Below are positions 13,801-26,900 of a DNA stretch of 64,000 nt, piece after piece. A program made the position numbers and the translations under genes. Each line of letters opens with the position of its first letter. The stretch's first letter is position 1. A model generated the notes under the pieces. That model saw nothing but the letters and a program-made list of their open reading frames with translations. It was not told where the DNA came from and searched no databases. The DNA comes from Mobula hypostoma (Eukaryota). The stretch covers positions 22,258,001 to 22,322,000 of the forward strand of contig NC_086108.1 in NCBI RefSeq assembly GCF_963921235.1. Direction: 5' to 3'.

Positions 13801-16517
13801 GCGATTTGGACGATAAGCAAACTGCAGAGGATCCAGTGAGGAGGGGAGGCTGACTGTGATCTGAGGCTCGACAAGCCGTTCAAAACATTTCATCACTATG
13901 GGGGTCAGGGCAACGGGACGGTAATCATTCACAGGCTACAACTGATTTCTTTGCTACAGGGATGATTGTGGAGGTTTTGAAGCATCTGGGGACAATAGCT
14001 TGACTAAGGGAGATGTTGAAAGTGTCTGTCAGGACATTTGCTAATACATCAGCACATTCCTTGAGTACACCTCCAGGGATGTTGTCGGGACTTCCGGCTT
14101 TTCGTGGGTTGACCCTGGCAAGGGTCCTCCGTGTTTGCTCTGGATCAATGATTGGAGCCGGCTGGTCGGATGGTAAAAAGGGACTGGCTCTCCCCCTTGC
14201 TGTAGTGTTTGATGCTTCGAACCGGGCAAAGAAATTATTAAGCCTGTCTGGTAGAGAGGTGTCGCTGTCATCAGTTTTCTGCCTGATCTTGTAGTCCGTT
14301 AGAACTTTAATTCCCTGCCACATCCGTCTGGTGTCACCTGTGTCAAAGTGTCCTTGTATTTTGCCCGCGTAGGCCCTTTTCGCTTTCCTGATCCCTAGTG
14401 AAAGTGCAGACCTGGCTGAGCGAAGCACACTCCTGTCCCCTGATCTGTAGGCTGTGTCACGGGCCTTCAGTAGTGAACGCACCTCTGTTGTCATCCATGG
14501 CTTTTCATAACCACGTGCGGTGAAGGTTTTCATCACAGTGACATCCTCCGTGCATTTGGCTATGTAGCTGATTACTGCCTCCGCATACTGCTCAATGTCT
14601 GTATGGTCGTCATAGGAGGCTGCTATTTTGAATATGTCCCAGTCTGTGTGCAGAAGACAGTCTTGTAGTGCTGAGGCTGCTCCTTTTGGCCAGACCCTTA
14701 TCTCTGTTTTCTCTGCTCTCACACGTTTAAGCTGTGGTTTATATGCTGCTGTTAGCATAACAGATAGGTGGTCAGAGTGGCCGAGATGGGGGCGGGGGGC
14801 TGCTTTGTATGCCTGTGGTGTGTTGGTATAAACCAAGTCCAGCGTGTTGTCTCCCCTGGTTTTGAAATCCACATATTGCAGGAACTTGGGAAACACGGTC
14901 TTTAAGCTGGTGTGGTTAAAGTCCCCAGCAATCACCACAAAGCTGTCAGGATGTGTAGTCAGTAGCTCACTGATGGCTTCATGTAGGCCTCCCAGTGCTT
15001 CGTTAGCATTAGCCTTAGCACTGGCACTGGGAGCTACGTAAACAGCTGCCACAAACATGATGGTGAATTCCCTCAGCAGGTAGAATGGCTGGCATTTCAC
15101 AATGAGAAATTCAGCCAGCGGTGAGCAGTGTTTAGCAGCTACTGTAGCGTTCACACAACAGCCTTTGTTTATATAAATACACAGACCTCCTCCTCGGCTC
15201 TTACCGGAGCTAGCTGCCTCTCTGTCCGCATGAAACGATGTCATTCCCTCTAGCTGTATCGCCGCGTCCAGTAGTTGTCATGGAGCCAGGATTCCATTAA
15301 GACATACACACAGCAGTCTTTAAATTCCTTGCGTGTTTCTCTCAGCAGACGCAGCTCATCCAACTTGTTGTCGATGGAGCGGACATTTGAGAGCAGGAGG
15401 GACAGTACCGCTGGCCTGGTGGGGTTAGCTTTTAGCCGAGCATGGATGCCGGCCCTCTTACCCCTCCTCTGTCTTCTCTCACAGCGCTTTCGCTTCCTCC
15501 TGCCTCGGGAAGCAGCCGGCTTGGTAGCGGGTAGTAGTCCGTAGCAGCGTAAACTGTCCATGTCACACCAGAACTCGTCAGTATTTCCAACATAGTATGC
15601 CCTGATGTTAACGAGCATATTCCGACTGTATGTTATGCGTCCAGGACAAACAGAACAAACACTAGATAGCATGTATAAGGGTTTGTCAAATCTTAAAATA
15701 TATTCGACTTCACACATTGAAACAAGATGGGAGCAGGAAGGAGGGATAATTATATCTGAGGAAGACTGGACAATAATATGGAGGTATCAATGGAAGTGTA
15801 CCAGTTCACAGAAATGGAGCGAGTTCGGGTGGAAAACCTTGATAAAATATTTTTATTACACCCTCCCAGAAATCCGATAGTAACCCCCCTGTTTGCTGGA
15901 GAAATTGTGGAAATCAAAATGCAAACCATTATCATATTTTCTGGGAATGCCCCATTATCAAAGACTACTGGAGTGGGATACATAATGCCCTACAAGACAT
16001 CTTTAAATGTGAAATACCCTTAGAGAGCAAGACCATATATTTTGGGTATATACCTCAAGAATGGTTAAAAAGAGATAAATATTTAATGAATATACTGCTG
16101 GTGGCTGGTAAAAAGGCCCTTACCAGGAAATGGTTATCACAGGAGAGCCCAACTTTAAATGTATGGATGGAAATTACAATGGAGATTTACAAAATGGAGA
16201 AGATAACAGCATTTGTTAATCATGAGTTGGAACAATTTTATTCATACTGGAAAAAATGGTTTAACTACATAACACCTCATAGGCCTGATTTTATTCTCAC
16301 AAGTCAATGAATATGTTGTAAAAAAAAATCACTCCCAACTTTGTACATAGTTTTCTTCTTTCGATTGTTCTTTCTTTCCTCTCCTTTCTATAAGTGTGTA
16401 CCTCAGATAAATATTATGTGGAGATTTGTGACAATATATGTACAGTATCTGAAATACATCTTATGGAAATGTTCGATGATGAAATTCAATTAAAAAAAAT
16501 AAATTACAAAAAAAAAA
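10837..16517 (+). mobile_element. 5'-truncated L1/Tx1-clade LINE (RT plus Cys-rich C-terminus, poly-A tail), split by Rex1
   Basis: PGSDGY, FRPISVLNVD, DAEKAFD, RQGCAWSP, YVDD, CWRNC..HIFWEC; stop 16310; A tail about 16508-16517; frameshifted. Confidence 0.9.
12557..15667 (-). mobile_element. Near full-length Rex1/Babar LINE (APE plus RT, frameshifted)
   Basis: ORFs 13925-15244 (GDFN, LGHSDH), 13558-13932 (NDYRPVALT), 12773-13633 (PQGCVLSP, FADD); (TTCAAAGA)n tail; host L1 reads ..GSRIIS|SMYKGL across it. Confidence 0.92.
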
Positions 16518-16526
16518 CCTGCAGCA

Positions 16527-16927
16527 CAGTACAGGCCCTTTGGCCACAAATCTGTGCCGAACATGTCTTTACCTTAGAAATCACCTAGGGTTACCTATAG
16601 CCCTCTATTTTTCTAAGCTCCATGTACCTATCTAGGGGTCTCTTAAAAGACCCTATTGTATCTGCCTCCACCACTGCCGCCAGCAACCCATTCCATGCAC
16701 TCACCTCACTCTGCGTAAAAAAACTTACCTGACATCTCCTCTGTTCCTGCTTCCAAGCACCTTAAAACTGTGCCCTTTTGCGCTACCCCCTTTCAGCCCT
16801 GGGGAAAAAGCCTCTGACTATCCACACTATCAATGCCTCTCATCATCTTATACACCTCTATCAGGTCACCTCTCATCCTCTGTCACTCCAAGGAGAAAAG
16901 GCTGAGTTCACTCAACCTATTCTCATA
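16527..16927 (-). mobile_element. CR1 LINE 3' fragment
   Basis: cagtacaggcccttt start; same family as 62775-63180. Confidence 0.75.
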
Positions 16928-17560
16928 AACCAGCTGCATCTTACCATGGCAGAGGTTGCACAGACAGCACAGACCTGGGCCAGAGAGTTAGAGGATAAGA
17001 TCTCAGAGATAGCCTATTGCTTAGTGAGGTGCAGGGCTGACTGCAGGGCTAATTGGCCACTGGACCTCATTAAAGTCTGAGCCCTGATGTTGTGGGGTGG
17101 TGACCCCGACACGTGGAGTGGGATGGGGAACTTTGGTTAAATAGTAAGGGTGGGGGAAGTGAAGTTAGAAGAGAGCCTTGGGGTTTCCCCTCTGAGTGAG
17201 TGCCTTTCCCCCTCTGCACCTGCACCACGACAGGCCAGAATGGTGGCCAGGCGGTCCCAGACCCGGCAAGGGGGCTGTCTGCCCATTGCCCCTCCAGCCT
17301 CCATGGAACGGCAGAAGCTAGGGGATCCTCTGCCCATGTGGTTGCTGAGGATCTGGGACGCTGGGTTGCTGGAGTGAATCTATCCAACAGGGAGATGGGT
17401 GTCCCAGGGAGCCCGTCACTCTAACACCACACCCTTAGGCAGTGCGCTCTGGTCATAGGGACCTATCATGGCAGCGACAAACCACCAGAGGGCAGTAAGT
17501 TAACCTCGACCCTGGTGGGGTGGTTAAGGCAGCAGCTCCAGGTTTAATGGGGGTGGTGCT
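16928..17560 (+). pseudogene. ERV gag remnant (ERV-L-like)
   Basis: IKV*ALM..GDPDT / EWDGELW (compare ERV-L KVRALIGKEWDP.TW.GDVW) and QKLGDPLPMWLLRIWDAG (compare WILRVWDNG). Confidence 0.75.
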
Positions 17561-18039
17561 GTCTTTATGTGGACAGCGATAGGAGGCACCATAGACGCTG
17601 CATCAGATTATTGGTGGGATTAGAGTACACTGGGGGGAATCTCCCTGTAGCTGAGTGTGCAAATTAGACAAGCGGCCTGGGAGGGAATGGTGAATGGTGT
17701 GAGTTATTAAAAATGTTGCATAAGGTGAGGTCACACGAGTTCGCTTGTGTGCGAGTCCAAACTCTCTTGTGTTTGATATCTGTATCGACAGGGTGTCTGA
17801 ATAATCCTGTGCTTCAACGGAAAATGTAACGGATTGAAGTATTTCACTTCTCAGTGAAGTGAATTTGCAGGAGCTCTTTATCCTTCAAGGGGGCGGTGCC
17901 TTTAAGCTGCTGTGTGGGTGTGTCGGGGGCGCCCACCCAATCGTTTTTTTTTCTTTCCCTTTGTTCTTTGGAAAATGCATTAAAGTTTTCCACTGTGGAA
18001 ATTGATTGTTTGTTCTAAATTTTGCAGTTACTTATGAAA

Positions 18040-18441
18040 GTTCTTTAGGACGGATTAAATTTGTTTTGCGGGGGAGACGAGTCCGGCATTATGTGGGTGT
18101 TCCACATCACCTGGTACCCACAGGCGGCTGGGCAAATCGAGTGCATGAACTGGCTGTTGAAACAGCAGATGAAGTTATTGCCCCCCCCCACCCACAGCTT
18201 TCCAGGGTGGCTGAGTGTGCAGCAGCAGGTAGGGGACAACCCTGAACTCCCGGCCATAGGGAGTCCTCGATGTCCCTGCACTTGGCAGCGCCGGACCATC
18301 CCAATGTGGAAGAAGTGGAACTGGAGGAGAAGTTCGGGAAAGGTTTGGGTGCAGCACCCAGAGGAGCCACCGTGGCGCGTGGGTACAGGATGGGTGGTGT
18401 TACCGAGGCAACACGGAATGGTCTGTCTAAATACCCAGTGA
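18040..18441 (+). pseudogene. ERV integrase C-terminal remnant
   Basis: WVFHITWYPQAAGQIECMNWLLKQQM (compare class III H.P.AAG.IERWNGLLK.QL); GKVWVQHP. Confidence 0.75.
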
Positions 18442-18482
18442 CTAACCAGGATAGAATGAGTTCATCTCTCCCTACATTACAG

Positions 18483-19425
18483 ATGGCAAAGTAGTGGATG
18501 GTGATAGCAGTGGCGATGATGGTGGGTCGGTGTGAGATCCTACGATGGTGTACGAATCTGCGAACCACGCCAATGCTTTACATTGTCGGGTCTGCTTAAA
18601 GGTGCCATCATATGGTGCCGCTGATGTCAAACCCCTTTAAAGATGAAGAACAAGACTGTTGGAGGAACTTGTCCAGCTTCTCGGGTTTCGCCATTCTGGG
18701 AGGGAGTAGTTGATTCTAGCCAAACTCACCCCACAGTATGGGAATGGCCTTATAGAAGTTCAGTAACCCCCGGTGGAGTGAGCATTTTAAGGGCTGGTAC
18801 AATTTGTCTAATCCTAAGGTCCTGACTTGGAGAGTAATTCCTCTGCCAAGAGGGTAGGGGAAGGAGTGTTGCTGCAGGCAGTACCATGAGCACAGGTCCA
18901 GCCAGTCAGTGAGGCACAGCGAGTTTGAGCGGGCATGCTCTGGGAAGCTAAATGGTACATACTGGATATTTGGCGCCTGGGCCTACCCGTGGCTTCCCAC
19001 AGGCTGTTGTTACCTGAGTACGTGGTACCGTACATATACCACCTTCAGTGCCTGGTTGGCGTAGTAAGAGGTGTATCACAGAGGCATAGCCTTTCCCCTG
19101 TATGGCCCTCAGACTACCTGCTCACAGAGAAAGCTGCTACTGTGCTTGTGCTGCGATCATCAATAATGCTACGCCTACATTCTTGACGATTCGGGGATCA
19201 TCACCCATCTGGCTGATCAATCCGACAGGCGGAGGATAAGATTAAGAAAGTGGAGGGGGGGTGTGGCATTTCCATAGCTATTACACTCCAAGGGGAAGCT
19301 GGTGGCCTTTTGGGGTGCTAGGAGGTTGGTGGACAACCATAGCACATTGGGTAGTGACTCTTAGTCTTGTAGTACTGGGTATTGTAGTCTTGCATTCTAT
19401 ATGTAGTTTACAGGGGTTACACTAG
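18483..19425 (+). pseudogene. ERV env remnant (gamma-type TM)
   Basis: Signal-like WMVIAVAMMVG; ISD-like MAL/DYLLTEK (19102-19130); CYAYILDDSGIITHLADQ; TM anchor VVTLSLVVLGIVVL. Confidence 0.68.
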
Positions 19426-19470
19426 CTCGAGGGTGGAATTATCATAAAATCTTGACTTTCGAGGGGTGGC

Positions 19471-19979
19471 TGTAAAGTGAAGGGTTAACTTACCTGCTGA
19501 TCTAAAGCTGCTTCCTCTGTGCCAGTCACTGACTGTGCAATTCAAAGGATAGTTCTCCACCACTGGCGGGTTTTCACACCATGGCACCGACTTCCGGTTT
19601 TGGGCACCCCAGGGTATAAGAATAGTGCATGCGAGATGGTCTGTTTCTTAGCTCGGGGCTCTCTTCAGAGTGGCTTGAACCCAGGGCATCGGGAAAGGGT
19701 GCTACACATTGGAGGGCCCACACACACGCTTCGATAACTACCTGTTTGTTCAATGCTTGGTGTTGTAGTTGTGTAACTTGGGACTTAAGGTACCTGTTTG
19801 AATTGTAAGTGTTATTAAATGTTTAGTTTCATAGTTTTGTAACTTAGGGGGCTTAGGTAAGGACATTTGACTTAGATGCGTGGCTGAACGTTTCATTATT
19901 TTAAATAGTTAACGTGCTTACTGGCAATCAGTGTCTTCTATCCCACTTACTGAATCCACAAATCTGCTTCCGCAAAACA
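19471..19979 (+). repeat. 3' LTR, TG...CA
   Basis: Starts TGTAAAG after the purine tract and ends AAAACA; TATAAG near 19614, ATTAAA at 19814. Confidence 0.85.
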
Positions 19980-20089
19980 GTAACTGAAAAAATCTTTTGA
20001 TATCCTTTTATGTTATTGGCTACCTTACCTTCATATTTCATCTTTCTCACCTTATTGTTTTTTTAGAGTTGTTTCTATATATTTAAAGT

Positions 20090-22960
20090 AAAAGGATTAG
20101 GCCATTTGGCCCATCGAGTCTGCTCTGCCATTCCATCATGGCTAATCCTGGATCCCACTCAACCCCATATACCTGCCATCTCACCATATCCTTTGATGCC
20201 CTGACCGATCAGGAAATGATCAGCTTCCACCTTAAATATGTCCACGGACTTGGCCTCTACTGCAGAGCATTCCACAGATGGTCCGCTCTCTGGCTAAAGA
20301 AGTTCCTCCTTACCTCTGTACTAAAGGGTCACCGCTCAACTTTGAGGCTGTGCCCTCTAGATCTGGATACCCCCACCATAGGAAACATTCTCTCTTCGTC
20401 CTCCCTATCCAGTCCTTTCAACATTCGGTAGGTTTGAATGAGATCCCCGTGCATTCTTCTAAATTCCAGTGAGTACAGACCAAAGCTGTCAAACACTAAC
20501 ACCATAACGCCTTCATTCCCACAATCGTCCTCGTGTACCTCCCCTGACTCTTTCCAATGACAACACATCCCTTCTGATACGGGGCCGAAAACTGTTGATA
20601 ATACTCTTCAGTGCGGTCTGACTAGTGTCTTATAAAGGCTCAGCAATACCTCCCTGATTTTATATTCTATTCCACTGGAAATAAATGCCAACATTACATT
20701 TGCCTTTTTTACCTCAGACTCAACCTGTAAATTAACCTTCTGGGAGTTTTGCACGAGGACTCCTAAGCCCCTCTCCTCCTCTGATGTTTATATCTTTTCT
20801 CCACTTAGATAATAGTCCACACTATTGTTCCTTTTACCAAAATGCATTATCATACATTTCCCAACACTGTATTCCATCTGCCACTTTCTTGCCCATTCTT
20901 CCAATTTGTGTAAGTCCTGTTGCAAATGCACTGCTTCCTCAGCACTACCTACCCCTGCACCTATCTTCCACAAACTTTGCCACAAAGCCATCAATTCCAT
21001 TATCGAAATCATTGACCAACAATGCAAAAAAGCAGAGGTCCCAACTGACTCCTGAGGAACAACACTAGTCACCGGCAGCCAATCAGAAAAGGCCCCCTTT
21101 ATTCCCACATGCTGCCTCCTGCCTGTCAGCCATTCTGCTGTCCATGCCGGTATCTTTCCAGTAATGCCATAGGGTTTGATCTTGTTAAGCAGCCTCATGT
21201 GTGGCACCTTATCAAATGTATTTTGAAAATCCAAGGAAATGACATTCACTGCCTCTCCTTTGTCCACCTTGCTTGTCACTTCCTCGAAGAACTCTAATAG
21301 ATTTGTCAGGTAAGATTTCCCTTTACAGAAACCACACTGACTTTGACTTATTTTATCATTAGACTCCAGGTACCTTGAAACCTCATCCTTAATAGACTCC
21401 AACATTTTCCCAACCACTGAGGTTGGGCTATCTGGCCTATAATTTCTTTTCTTTTGCCTTCCTCCCTTTCTCAAAGAGTGGAGAGACATTTGCAATCTTC
21501 CAGTCCTCCGGGACCATGCCAGCATCAAGTGATTCTTGAAAGATCGTGACTAATGCATCCGTTATCTCTTCTGCAATCTCTCCCAGGACTCTGGGATGTA
21601 ATCCATCTGGCCCAGGTGACTTATCCAGGTCAAGACCTTTCAGTTTGCCTCGCAGTTTTTCCTTTGCAATAGCAATGGCACTCACTCCTGCTCCCTGATG
21701 CTCACAAACCTCTGGCACACTGCTAGTGTTATCCACAGTGAACACTGATACAAAGTACCCATTAAGTTCATCTGCCATTTCTTTGTCCTCCATTACTACC
21801 TCACTAGCATCGTTTTCCAGTGGTCCAATATCAACTATCACCTCCCTTTTACCCTTTATATAACTGAAAAACTTTTGGTATCCTGCTTTTTATAATTGGC
21901 TAGTCTGTTCACATACTTAATCTTTTCCATTCTTATAACTTTTTTAGTTGCCTTTTGTTGGATTTTAAAACCTTCCCAATCATCCAACTTCTCACTCACT
22001 TTTGCTACATTATATGCCCTTTCCAGTCCTTAACTTCCTTTGTCAGCCACGGTTGTCTACCCCTGCCATTTGAGAACAACTATGGGACATATTTATCCTG
22101 CACCTTATGAACTATTCCCAGAAACTTTAGCCATCACTGCTCTGCTGTCATCCCCGCCAGTATCCTCCTCTAATCCACCTGGGCAAACCCCTCTCTTATG
22201 TCTCTGTAATTCCCTTTATTCCATTGTGATACTGACACGTGCTTCCCCCTCTTAAATTACAGCATGAATTCAATCATATCATGATCATTGCCTCCTAAGG
22301 GTTCCTTTACATTAAGTTCCTTAATAAGATCTGGGCTATTACACAACACCCAATCTAAGATAGCCTTTCTCTGAGTAGGCTCAAGCCCAAGCTGCTCTAA
22401 AAAGCCATCTCAGAGGCATTCAACAAATTCCCTCTCTTGTGATCTGACAGCAACCTGATTTTCCCAATCCCCTTGCATATTTAAGTCCCCCGTTACAATT
22501 GTGTCATAACCCTTATTACATGCCTTTTCCAGCTCCCTTTGCAATCTCAACCCCACATCTTGGCTACGATTTGGAGGCCTATATATGATTCCCATGATTT
22601 TTTTTACCCTTGCACTTTCTTAACTCCACCCACAAAAAATTAACATTCTCTGACCTTATACCACCTCTTTCTAAAGGTGTAATTCCACCTCTTACCAGCA
22701 AAGACACACCACTGCCTATGCCTTCTTTCTTTCAACCATGACTCAGTGATGCCCACAATGTCATACCGACCAATCTCTAATTACACCATGAGTTTGTCCA
22801 CCTTATTCTGAATGCTACACACATTTAAATACAGCACTTTCAGTCCTGCATTCTGTGCCTTTTTGAATTTTGTCTCTGTGGTACAATTTAACTCTTTGTT
22901 CTATCTGCATTTGTACCCAATCATTGGCTTGTCCTTCCTTACATTCATGTTACACCAATC
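20090..22960 (-). mobile_element. Degraded CR1 LINE ORF2 (APE plus RT)
   Basis: ORFs 22410-22595 (IYRPPN, GDLN), 21437-21841 (KSPGPDG), 20788-21528. Confidence 0.9.
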
Positions 22961-23921
22961 GTCTACTCGTCCCTTTGGTGGAGAATAGCAGGGTTGCCTA
23001 CGTCTTGAGCAGCAAGAGATGGTGGGATTTTTAATGAATTTTGTTCCTCTGAGTTTACTGTGGAGAATATCATAATTGCTCAAAATGTAATGGATATTCA
23101 CTTTCCAGATTCTGAGAAGCTTATTGCTAAACTCAGCTTTCTCGCACAGCGGTAAGACTTTTCCAAAGGGTCAGATTTCTTTGTTGAACTTTTAACAAAT
23201 ATTCTTTGCTCAGTGTTTTTGTTGTATACAAGAACCAGTCTCCAAATCTTAATGTAAATTGCAAGCAGCAATCGCTTAGAAGTTGGAGACACAGCTTTTC
23301 AAGGTGAAGTGACTTCTCATCTACATTAGCCAATGCAATATGGGTTATATCACTTTGCAGATCAAACATAGTTATAGGTTAGGATGTTTGTGTACTCAGT
23401 AGCGTTAATTATGGATGTTTGGGATCTCTGTCACCAGAAGCTTTTAAGGCCATCCCAGCAAAGGCATATGGAAAACATCACATGCAGATAATGTGATCTA
23501 GTAGAAAACAGAATAAATATCAGAAGCATTGGGTTGTTAGGAATGACAAGGCGAATGACAGAAAGATGGGGTTACAGAAAAGAACTAGAATTCATTCCTC
23601 AACCATTGGTTTCTGTGATGGACGACTGGTTTGTCTGCAACTCATTCGTATATTTTTCTAGTTTGTAAAGATTGTACCTGTGTTGGGAAATACTTTGTAG
23701 TTTGTAAACCTTTAATAAATTTGAAGTCTCCTGTGAGTGTTCAATGTGTGTTAAGAACCATTAAATTTAATTGTGCGTCATTAAAAATAAAATAAACTGT
23801 TTAAACTACTTTGTTAGCTGGATATAGAAACATAGAAACATAGAAAATAGGTGCAGGAGTAGGCCATTCGGCCCTTCGAGCCTGCACCGCCATTTATTAT
23901 GATCATGGCTGATCATCCAAC

Positions 23922-26900
23922 TCAGAACCCCGCCCCAGCCTTCCCTCCATACCCCCTGACCCCTGTAGCCACAAGGGCCATATCTAACTCCCTCTTAAAC
24001 ATAGCCAATGAACTGGCCTCAACAGTTTCCTGTGGCAGAGAATTCCACAGATTCACCACTCTCTGTGTGAAGAAGTTTTTCCTAATCTCGGTCCTAAAAG
24101 GCTTCCCCTCTATCCTCAAACTGTGACCCCTCGTTCTGGACTTCCCCAACATCGGGAACAATCTTCCTGCATCTAGCCTGTCCAATCCCTTTAGGATCTT
24201 ATACGTTTCAATCAGATCCCCCCTCAATCTTCTAAATTCCAACGAGTACAAGCCCAGTTCATCCAGTCTTTCTTCATATGAAAGTCCTGCCATCCCAGGA
24301 ATCAATCTGGTGAACCTTCTTTGTACTCCCTCTATGGCAAAGATGTCTTTCCTCAGATTAGGGAACCAAAACTGCACACAATACTCCAGGTGTGGTCTCA
24401 CCAAGGCCTTGTACAACTGCAGTAGTACCTCCCTGCTCCTGTACTTGAATCCTCTCGCTATAAATGCCAGCATACCATTTGCCTTTTTCACCGCCTGCTG
24501 TACCTGCATGCCCACTTTCAATGACTGGTGTATAATGACACCCAGGTCTCGTTGCACCTCCCCTTTTCCTAATCGGCCACCATTCAGATAATAATCTGTT
24601 TTCCTATTTTTGCCACCAAAGTGGATAACTTCACATTTATCCACATTAAATTGCATCTGCCATGAGTTTGCCCACTCACCCATCCTATCCAAGTCACCCT
24701 GCATCCTCTTAGCATCCTCCTCACTGCTAACACTGCCACCCAGCTTCGTGTCATCCGCAAACTTGGAGATGCTGCATTTAATTCCCTCATCCAAGTCATT
24801 AATATATATTGTAAACAACTGGGGTCCCAACACTGAGCCTTGCGGTACCCCACTAGTCACCGCCTGCCATTCTGAAAAGGTCCCGTTTATTCCCACTCTT
24901 TGCTTCCTGTCTGCTAACCAATTCTCCACCCACACCAATACCTTACCCTCAATACCGTGTGCTTTAAGTTTGCACACTAATCTCCTGTGTGGGACCTTGT
25001 CAACAGCCTTTTGAAAATCCAAATATACCACATCCACTGGTTCTCCCCTATCCACTCTACTAGTTACATCCTCAAAAAATTCTATGAGATTCGTCAGACA
25101 GGATTTTCCTTTCACAAATCCATGCTGACTTTGTCCGATCATTTCACCGCTTTCCAAATGTGCTGTTATCACATCCTTGATAACTGACTCCAGCAGTTTC
25201 CCCACCACCGACGTTAGGCTAACCGGTCTATAATTCCCCGGTTTCTCTCTCCCTCCTTTTTTAAAAAGTGGGGTTACATTAGCCACCCTCCAATCCTCAG
25301 GAACTAGTCCAGAATCTAATGAGTTTTGAAAAATTATCACGAATGCATCCACTATTTCTTGGGCTACTTCCTTAAGCACTCTGGGATGCAGACCATCTGG
25401 CCCTGGGGATTTATCTGCCTTCAATCCCATCAATTTACCCAACACCACTTCCCTACTAACATGTATTTCGCTCAGTTCCTCCATCTCACTGGACCCTCTG
25501 TCCCTTACTATTTCTGGAAGATTATTTATGTCCTCCTTAGTGAAGACAGAACCAAAGTAATTATTCAATTGGTCTGCCATGTCCTTGCTCCCCATAATCA
25601 ATTCACTTGTTTCTGTCTGCAGGGGACCTACATTTGTCTTTACCAGTCTTTTCCTTTTTACATATCTATAAAAGCTTTTACAGTCCGTTTTTATGTTCCC
25701 CGCCAGTTTTCTCTCATAATCTTTTTTCCCCTTCCTAATTAAGCCCTTTGTCCTCCTCTGCTGAACTCTGAATTTCTCCCAGTCCTCAGGTGAGCCACTT
25801 TCTCTGGCTAATTTGTATGCTACTTCTTTGGAATTGATACTATCCCTAATTTCTCTTGTCAGCCACGGGTGCACTACCTTCCTTGATTTATTCTTTTGCC
25901 AAACTGGGATGAACAATTGTTGTAGTTCATCCATGCAACCTTTAAATGCTTGCCATTGCATATCCACCGTCAATCCTTTAAGTGTTATTTGCCAGTCTAT
26001 CTTAGCTAATTCACGTCTCATACCTTCAAAGTTACCCCTCTTTAAGTTCAGAACCTTTGTTTCTGAATTAACTATGTCACTCTCCATATTAATGAAGAAT
26101 TCCACCATATTATGGTCACTCTTACCCAAGGGGCCTCTCACGACAAGATCGTTAATTAACCCTTCCTCATTGCTCAAAACCCAGTCCAGAATAGCCTGCT
26201 CTCTAGTTGGTTCCTCGACATGTTGGTTCAAAAAACCATCCCGCATACATTCCAAGAAATCCTCTTCCTCAGCACCTTTACCAATTTGGTTCACCCAGTC
26301 TACATGTAGATTGAAGTCACCCATTATAACTGCTGTTCCTTTATTGCACACATTTCTAATTTCCTGTTTAATACCATCTCCAACCTCACTACTACTGTTA
26401 GGTGGCCTGTACACAACTCCCACCAGCGTCTTCTGCCCCTTAGTGTTACGCAGCTCTACCCATATCGATGCCACATCTTCCCGGCTTATGTCCTTCCTTT
26501 CTATTGCGTTAATCTCTTCTTTAACCAGCAATGCCACCCCACCTCCCCTTCCTTCATGTCTATCCCTCCTGAATATTGAATATCCCTGAACGTTGAGCTC
26601 CCATCCCTGGTCACCCTGGAGCCATGTCTCTGTGATCCCAACTATATCATAATCATTAATAACAATCTGCACTTTCAATTCATCCACCTTATTATGAATG
26701 CTCCTTGCATTGACACATAAAGCCTTCAGGCGCTCTTTTACAACTCTCTTAGCCCTTATACAATTATGTTGAAAAGTGGCCCTTTTTAATGCTTGCCCTG
26801 GATTTGTCGGCCTGCCACTTTTACTTTTCTCCTTTGTACTTTTTGCTTCTACGCTCACTTTACACCCCTCTGTCTCTCTGCACTGGTTCCCATCCCTCTG

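Larger units (their letters stand above)
10119..19979 (+). mobile_element. Decayed endogenous retrovirus (class III/ERV-L-like gag and IN, gamma-type env), interrupted by LINEs
   Basis: Paired LTRs, purine tract gaggggtggc before the 3' LTR, gag, IN and env motifs in retroviral order. Confidence 0.82.

Noticed and set aside
17700..18040. Segment between ERV gag and IN as protease/RT
   Set aside because: No DTG/DSG or YxDD motifs; unassigned
22970..23520. Decayed minus-strand coding-like sequence (possible DNA transposase fossil)
   Set aside because: No motif I can name with confidence
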